Assembly (NCBI GenBank): GCA_001643675.2
Contig: LSRY02000036.1
Span: 62,001-126,000, forward strand
Length of the DNA stretch: 64,000 nt
Source: Monocercomonoides exilis PA203
Lineage: Eukaryota > Protista > Preaxostyla
Direction of reading: 5' to 3'
The position numbers and the translations under genes are program-made. The number at the start of each line of letters is the position of its first letter. Position 1 is the stretch's first letter. Shown here piece after piece: positions 56,901 through 64,000 of the stretch. The notes beneath the pieces were generated by a model, which did not search any database, was not told the origin of the DNA, and saw only the letters and a list, made by a program, of their open reading frames with translations.

Positions 56901-59236
56901 GAATACTGTTGAAAAAAAAAATAATACCATTAAAAATCTTTAATGTTGTTTTTGATTTTCCCAGAACAGCAAACATCAACAAAAATCAAATAGCTTGCAT
57001 AGTTAAGATATAGTCAATTTTTACACCGTTCTTCTTTCTTTAGTATTATGAACTATTCATTCAAAAGAAATAATCGTTTATATATTCATTTTTTGTTATA
57101 ATGGATTTCTTGATCAAAAGCAATTTTTCAAAAAAAAAAAAAAATAGAAAAAAATTTTTTATTGTTGCATATTGATTATTATTCCACATTATTGAAGTGC
57201 TTTTGATGAAAATTAACAAATATATATATTCATTATAATAATAATAATAATAATAATAATTTATTTATTTTTTTATTTATTTATTTATTTATTTTTTTTT
57301 TTTTATTTAATTTTATTTTTTTAGTGACCGACAAATGATTATATAACTTGTCATGTCACAGAGGTTAAATTTGTGTTCAATGGTTGGAAAAAAATCTTAA
57401 ATAGAATAACGCATTATAACAAAAAGCATTTCACATTCGAAGATCTCGAATATTTTCTTTTTAACAATTTTAAATACATTTATCTATTAATTACAAACAA
57501 ATTTGTGAAACAAATAACTTTATAATTATTAACATCCAGAAAAAAGTTATAATTTCAAAAATAATCACCAAAATTGTGTATTTCGATGAAACAAGAAAAT
57601 AAAACACAAGCAACTTTGCTAAAAGAATAAAACAAATAACCACATTTTTATTATTTTTTGATTGTGTTGATAGTTGAAAGATTATTTTTTTATTGTTGAA
57701 GATAATTTCCGTGAACCTTTTCATAAATAGCAATTATCCGTAAAGCCAATAATTGAGATGAATTCAAAATTAAAAAAATAATTGGATGATGTCTTCACAT
57801 TTCAGCGTTTTGTGCAACATTATTTCTTATTCATATTCTCAAACCAAAATTTTCAAAAGAAACAAACAAATGTCCGTGATAGAAATTTTATTTCAAAACT
57901 TTTTTCTGAGTGTTAATTCTTCAAAGGTTTTCTTTTCTTTTTTTTCTTTTTTTTTTCTTTCTTTCTTTTTTTTTTTGGTATGATGTTTTTCATTCAAACG
58001 TTTATGGCATTATTATTGTTTCAATAACCTTATGTGAAAGATGAAAACATTAATACACTTTCAATAAATTGTGTTATTACTTTTCTGTGTTTATTCACTA
58101 ATATTCCATCCTAAGCCTGGTTGACGGATTGAAAAATTGATGGTTACGTCAGTCAGTGGAATATTTTCACGTCAATTGGCTTTTTCTTATCTCTCTCAAA
58201 TTTTTGAGTCAATAAACACAAATTTTTAGTGAATAAAAATGTATGGCTGTTTTTTGAAATAATTAATTATGTATTTCTTTTTTTCACAAAAGAAAGAAAA
58301 TATTATGAACCATAATTCAAGAAATACTTATTCTGAGGAATGTCTTTTTGCAATTACAAACTTGCAGTCAATGATAGCTAATTGGTTTGCATATTGTTGT
58401 ATTTGCCTATTATCTGTAAATGCTCTTTTTTCGGGGAATCCTGTGGAACTTTTCGAAAATAAGCAAAAAGTGGAATATCTTATTAATCTGCAAGAATATT
58501 GAGTTTATTCTACAAATTCATAAAGAAAGTTCACATGATAAAGAAGATTGGAAGTGAAAACTGAGTATCAGACGATGAAACACTTGAAAATCGAAGGCAT
58601 AATGAATTTTTTTGTAAAGGAAAACAAGCATTGACTAGTGAATAAAAAACAGAAAATTGCTTGAAAAAATGCTTAGAAGGTTTACTGTGGTATTTTTTTG
58701 AAGTGATTTTTATTTTTCATTCAGGATGCTGAAAGAGAGAAGGATAGGATGACTTTGAAGATGAAGAAGAAAAGCAAGGAAGAAAAATGAAATGAGGATT
58801 GATGAAATTAAAGATAAATCGAAGATGGCTTGCATTGTGCTTTGGAGAAGAATAAGTTTTTGAGGAAAGATGATTTTTTGTGAAATAAGGGAAGCGAAAA
58901 AAAAAGAGACGGAATGAAAAAGGAATTGCTCTATATTTCCAATTTTTTGTTGGAAAGAAAGAAAGTGGATTGAGCTGAAAGTGAAAAAGGTTCAGAGGCT
59001 ATTATTTTCCAAAAGACAAAAACCTGAAGAAGAAAATTCGATTGAATTTTTCCGTTGACATAAATTGACACTCATCTTCTCAATTTTCAACAATTAATCA
59101 ATTCGGTCTATTCATTTACCATCATCATCATCTTCTTCTTCTTCTTCTTCTTCTTCTTCTTCTTCTCATTTAAATCTTCTTCTTCTTCTTCTTCTTCCTC
59201 TCCCTCTTCTTTATCTTCTTTTTCATTTTCTTCTTC

Positions 59237-59717
59237 TTATTCTCCTCCTCCTCCTCCTCCTCCTCCTTCTTCTTCTTCTTCTTCTTCTTCTTCTTCTTCT
59301 TCTTCTTCTTCTTCTTCTTCTTCTTCTTCTTCTTCTTCTTCTTCTTCTTCTTCTTCTTCTTCTTCTTCCTCTCCCTCTTCTTTATCTTCTTCTTCTTCTC
59401 GTTTCAGACACAAAAGACAAGCTGTCACTTTCTCTACAGCAAGAAACAGAACAGCTTCGTTTGCAACATCTGTTGAGCCAACTTCTTCTTCTACTTCACT
59501 AACTTCAACATTATGTTTGAATCTTATGTCTTCTTCTTCTTCATTGGCTTCATCCTCAACAACTATATCATCATCATCATCTTCTTCTTCTTCTTCTCCT
59601 GGCTTGTCTTCTTCAAAGAAATCTTCAAATAAAACTTCTCTTCTTTCACATTCTCCCTCAAAATCGAAATCATCTGTGAAAATAACATCACATCCATCAA
59701 CTTCTTCTTTATCTTCT

Positions 59718-59763
<46 letters not shown>

Positions 59764-62520
59764 TTTCTTTGCCTTCTTCTGCAATGTTATCACTCAAAGA
59801 TGCATTCTTCTTCTTTCTCCGAACAATCTTTTTGATAACTTTTTTGCTCTTCCCTTTCTTCTCTTTCTCTTTCTGTTTCTTCCCTTCCTCTTCCTCTTCC
59901 TCTTTCTCTTTCTCTCCTTCCATCTCCCCATCCACATCCACCTCCACCTCCTTCTCTATCTCTTCCTCCGCTTTCCTCTTCTCCTCCAGCATCGCCGCAT
60001 TCTTCTCATTCAACTCCCTCAATCGCTGCTCCAGCTCCTTCAGCATCTCCATCTGCTGCTTGTCTTCAGCTGATATCTCACTTTCTGCATCAGAAAGATC
60101 AGAAACTGACGAAATCACTGACAAATCTGCATCATCTGCATCTGTTGGCGCTAAGCTCTTGACTGTTAAGGCATTGTGATCGGTGGATTCTCCTTCTTTT
60201 TCTCCTTTTTCTCCCTCTTTGACTTCTCCTTTTTCTGATTCTCCTTCTTTTTCTCCTTCTTTCATCACATTTGGTTTATCAGAATTTGTCTGAGATTTGT
60301 CCAATGCTAATTTGCTTTCTTTTTCTTCTTCTTCACCTTCTTTTCTTTCTTTTGCTTCTCCTTCTTTTATTTCACCTTCTTTTCCATCTCCTTCTCCTTC
60401 TTTTGTCTTTTCATCTTTAACTTCTTCCACTGCTCCTTCTGCTCCTCCTTCTGTTTCTGTAGCTTCTTCTTCTTCCACCTCAATCTCAATTTCTTCCTCT
60501 TCCCATTCCTCTTCTTCCTTCCTCTCTTTCTCTCTCCTCGCCTTCTCTGCTTTCTCTTCATCATCCTCCTCCTCCTCCTCTTTATCAACCTCTTCTTCAT
60601 CCTCATCATCAACCCATCCAAACTCCTCTCCTTCCTCGTCCTTCCCATTCTCTTTGCTCATCTCCCTCTTCATCCAATACCCCATCCTCGTCTGCCTCGC
60701 ATGCGCCTTCAAACACCCCACAAACTTCCCTGATGACAGCAATTCCATCACCACATGCCTCACCAGCGAGTCAACAAAGCTCTGCATCGAACCAGCTTTC
60801 TCAAACCGCATCGCCAGCTTCCTCACAATCTCTGCCAGCTTCCTCAGAATGAGCGAAGACCTCAGCCAGTTCTGCAGTGGAAGCGGCTTCATCAGCTTCT
60901 CCAGCGGCGTCTTCTGCATCTTCGTCTGCAGCGCCTGCTGCTCCTTCACCAGTTTCTCCCTCTCTCTCTTCAGCTGCTCGATCGCCTCTCTCTGCACATC
61001 ATCATTCCCTCTGCCTGCTGCTCCACTGGCGAGCGATTGGAGAGAAGAAGAGGCCGCAGAAAGAGCAGCTGTGAGGGACTCAACCTCTGCCAGCGAAGCC
61101 GCCAGCGACTGCAGCTGAGACGGCTGTATCATCGCCATTCGGTTTGTGAGGAACGTGAAGATGTCTGCTCGCCAGTACAGCCGCGGCAGATGAGGGAACG
61201 ATGCTTCGAGTGTGTCTAACATCGCCTCATTGTCCTCTTCCTGCAGAAGAGACAGCAGATTGTCTCTTTCTTGCTCCTCTTCTTCCGCTTTCCGCTGGCT
61301 GATCTTCAGACGCTCTCGCTCAATCTGTGCATCTGACTGGAACACAAGTGTGCGGTTCATTTGGGTGAAGGCATCAGAATCTGATTCTGTTTCATCATCT
61401 TCTTCGTTTTCTTCTCTTTGTTCTTCTCCTTCTTCTCTTCTTCCTTCTTTTGTCTGCTCATTTGCTTCTTCAACTTTTTCATCATCATTTCTATCTGATT
61501 CATCCATCAACATCTTTTCTTTCTTCTCTTTCTTTTCCTTCATTTCCTCCCTTCTCTTTCTCCTCCTCATCTCCTTCTTCACTCTCCTCCCCTCTTCTCC
61601 ATCAAACCTCTCGTCCCATCCTTCCAACCTCCTCCTCCCATTCTACAGCAACGAAGCCACACATCTCGCAATTCCAATCCCTTCACCTGCTTTCGTGAAG
61701 CTGTGATGCAAAACACACAGCAACATCTCAATCTCTGCTTCTCCACAACACCTGCGCAGAAGCCGGCTGCGCAGATGGTTGAGCATTGGCGGCACAGGCA
61801 CTCCCGTCGGGAAGAGGAACATGATGTTAGTCAGCTGCACAGCACATTGGGCAGATGAGAAGGGAGGGTAGAGAGGAGAAGGGGGGAAATCGAGTGTGTA
61901 AAGAGGGAGGGAGTCTGCAAAGAGAGAAGGAGCGCGGCAGGTTGGGAGAGAAGAGGAGGCGAAGAACGACAAAAGAGAAGACAGCACGATTTGGGTGTTG
62001 CTGTGGAGGAGCTGCAGGTTCTGCTGCTGGCTGTTGGCTGATTGGAGAAGAGTGGCACACAACAAGGAAACAGTGCGGAGGATGGGGAAGGCCCAGATCT
62101 CGGCATAAGGGGAGGCAGAGGCAGCGGTGATGATTGCCTGGAAATGAGATGTGCGCAAAGAGATTTGGGAAGAAGAAGGTTTTGCAATGGAAGCAAATGA
62201 AGAAGAGGACAAAGAAGAAGAAGAAGAAGACAAAGAAGAAGAAGAAGAAGACAAAGAAGAAGAAGAAGAAGACAAAGAAGAAGAAGAAGAAGACAAAGAA
62301 GAAGAAGAAGAAGACAAAGAAGAAGAAGAAGAAGAAGAAGAAGAAAGAGGAGGAGGAGGAGGAGGAAGAGGAACATGAAGCTGGTTGAGAGCTAGCCACC
62401 AAATGCGGAATGTGCTTTATAGAGCGAGAAAATGAGAAATGCTACCAGGGAGACTCAAACGACATAGGAGGAACTTAGTCCTTGTCATATGACTCTGAAA
62501 ACCGCTTTGTATCTCTTTCA
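59237..62520 (-). pseudogene. Large acidic, coiled-coil, low-complexity gene, apparently disrupted
   Basis: ORFs 61643-62317 and 59237-61627 are in frame across one TAG; there is a frameshift near 62345 and further in-frame stops upstream. No domain recognised. Confidence 0.5.
62200..62345. repeat. 18-bp minisatellite (GAAGAAGAAGAAGACAAA)n
   Basis: About 7 visible copies encoding SSSSSL on the minus strand. Confidence 0.85.
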
Positions 62521-64000
62521 ACTACCTTCGGTGTTCTGCAGCTTGTTATTTCAACATGGAACAATGAATGACTTTAATGCTTATGTGAGTGTCTGCTTCA
62601 TTGTTGCTTGCACAATCTTTCCAATCCTTTCAAATGGCAAATGAATATTCGACCTCTTCTTCTCCTTCTCATTCTCATTCTCTCTCTGCATCGTCCATCC
62701 CAGCTTCCACTTCTCCGCTTCAATTTCTTAATTATTCATTCTCTCTCTCAGTGAACGTGCTCAAACGGATTAAAACCACAACAGAAGACAAGTGCACAAA
62801 GGGTAAAAAGCAACAGGAAAGCGAGCAACTAAAGAATTTGGCAGAGAAAATTACACATACGAAGAGGAATACGAAGAAGAATGGAAAGAGGAGGTGGAAG
62901 AGCTGGATGTTTGTGGGAAAGCATCAGGAAAGAGATGTGAATGAGCACAAGGCGAGCCAACTACCGACGAATAGGATGAAGAAGCGACTGAAGATTTGGA
63001 ATTATAATTGGAGATAGAAGGAGACAGATTTGAAATAGCAGAAGAAGATAAAGAAGAAGACATGCTAAAGGGCGAAGAGGAAAAGAAAAGAGGAGAAGAT
63101 CCATTATAATTCCTGTTTTGAACAATCTCATCAATTGGAGTGGAAGCATTGAAGAAGAGAGAAGAGACACAGCTGGACAGATCAGAGCTGCATTTAGCGA
63201 GTGTGTCGCGACCGATCCAAAAGGCAGTTGAAACGCACCGCTTTGGAATTCGACTGATTAACTGAGAAGAAATAAAATGGAAGAGGAAAAAGATGAAGAA
63301 GAAGACGATGATAATGATAGCGATGACGATTTTCACTTGAGTCATTCTGCTGTTTCATTTCTTCTTTTTCTTCAATATCTTCTTCTTCATCGGTTGTTGT
63401 GCTTTCATTCATTCCAATGGGAATGATGTCTGACGTGATGAGTGCTGCCCTCAAAAGCGACAGGTCGTCTTTGCTGAGAGAGAAGCAGTCGTCGATGGTG
63501 AACAGCACGAAATCTCTCAGCTGATCGCAGGAAACGAGATGGATGACTGGCTGTGGGATGAGGGGAAACATAGCAACAATCGGTGGAATGTGTGTGGGAA
63601 AGGACAATAGCTCCGTTGGTGAAGAAGAAAGTTAAAAAGAAGAAGATGGTGAAGAAGGAAAAGATGCTGTTATAGAATTGGAAATATCAATGAAGAGTTA
63701 AAATAAAATTGAAAAATCAACAAACAATAACGGAATTCAGAAAGTGAAAAGATATTCACAAAGATGTGTGGAAGACAGAATGCATGACATAGAAGATATG
63801 TTGAAAGCCATAAAAGGACTTCGAACATATTCATAGAAAAGAAGTGAGATTGTATTGAAAAGAGCAACAAACGCAACACATATTCTCCTTATCGTTTACT
63901 TCCATCACAAATATTGCTTTCAGTTTCCTCATTCAGATGTTCTTCTTTTTATTTGCTCATTGACATTAACGCTTTTCAAGAACGATCTTAAAATATGCTG

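Noticed and set aside
47509-57368. One large hAT element from TAGACCTGTG (47509) to CACAGAGGTTA (about 57357)
   Set aside because: The ends are only loosely complementary and no 8-bp target duplication is present.

Overview
AT-rich eukaryotic genomic DNA with short GT-AG introns, the standard genetic code and abundant GAA/TTC low-complexity tracts. The gene families resemble those of the oxymonad Monocercomonoides exilis (inference, not checked by search). Recognisable genes are a FAM227 (FWWh)-like gene, a 7-exon Cdt1-like gene missed by the ORF track, a TMEM170-like gene, a greatly expanded intronless tRNase Z-L, an HD phosphohydrolase, a beta-helix type I membrane protein, and two intact plus two decayed members of an expanded 'LTRLAYQSAW' family. 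Mobile DNA comprises a disrupted DDD transposase with an embedded USP deubiquitinase domain, a decayed hAT transposase, a decayed pogo/Fot1 (DD35D) element and two foldback/MITE-like elements. The most striking locus is an intronless 697-aa protein of 22.5 exact 30-aa repeats with a near-invariant scaffold, hypervariable positions and signs of module shuffling.
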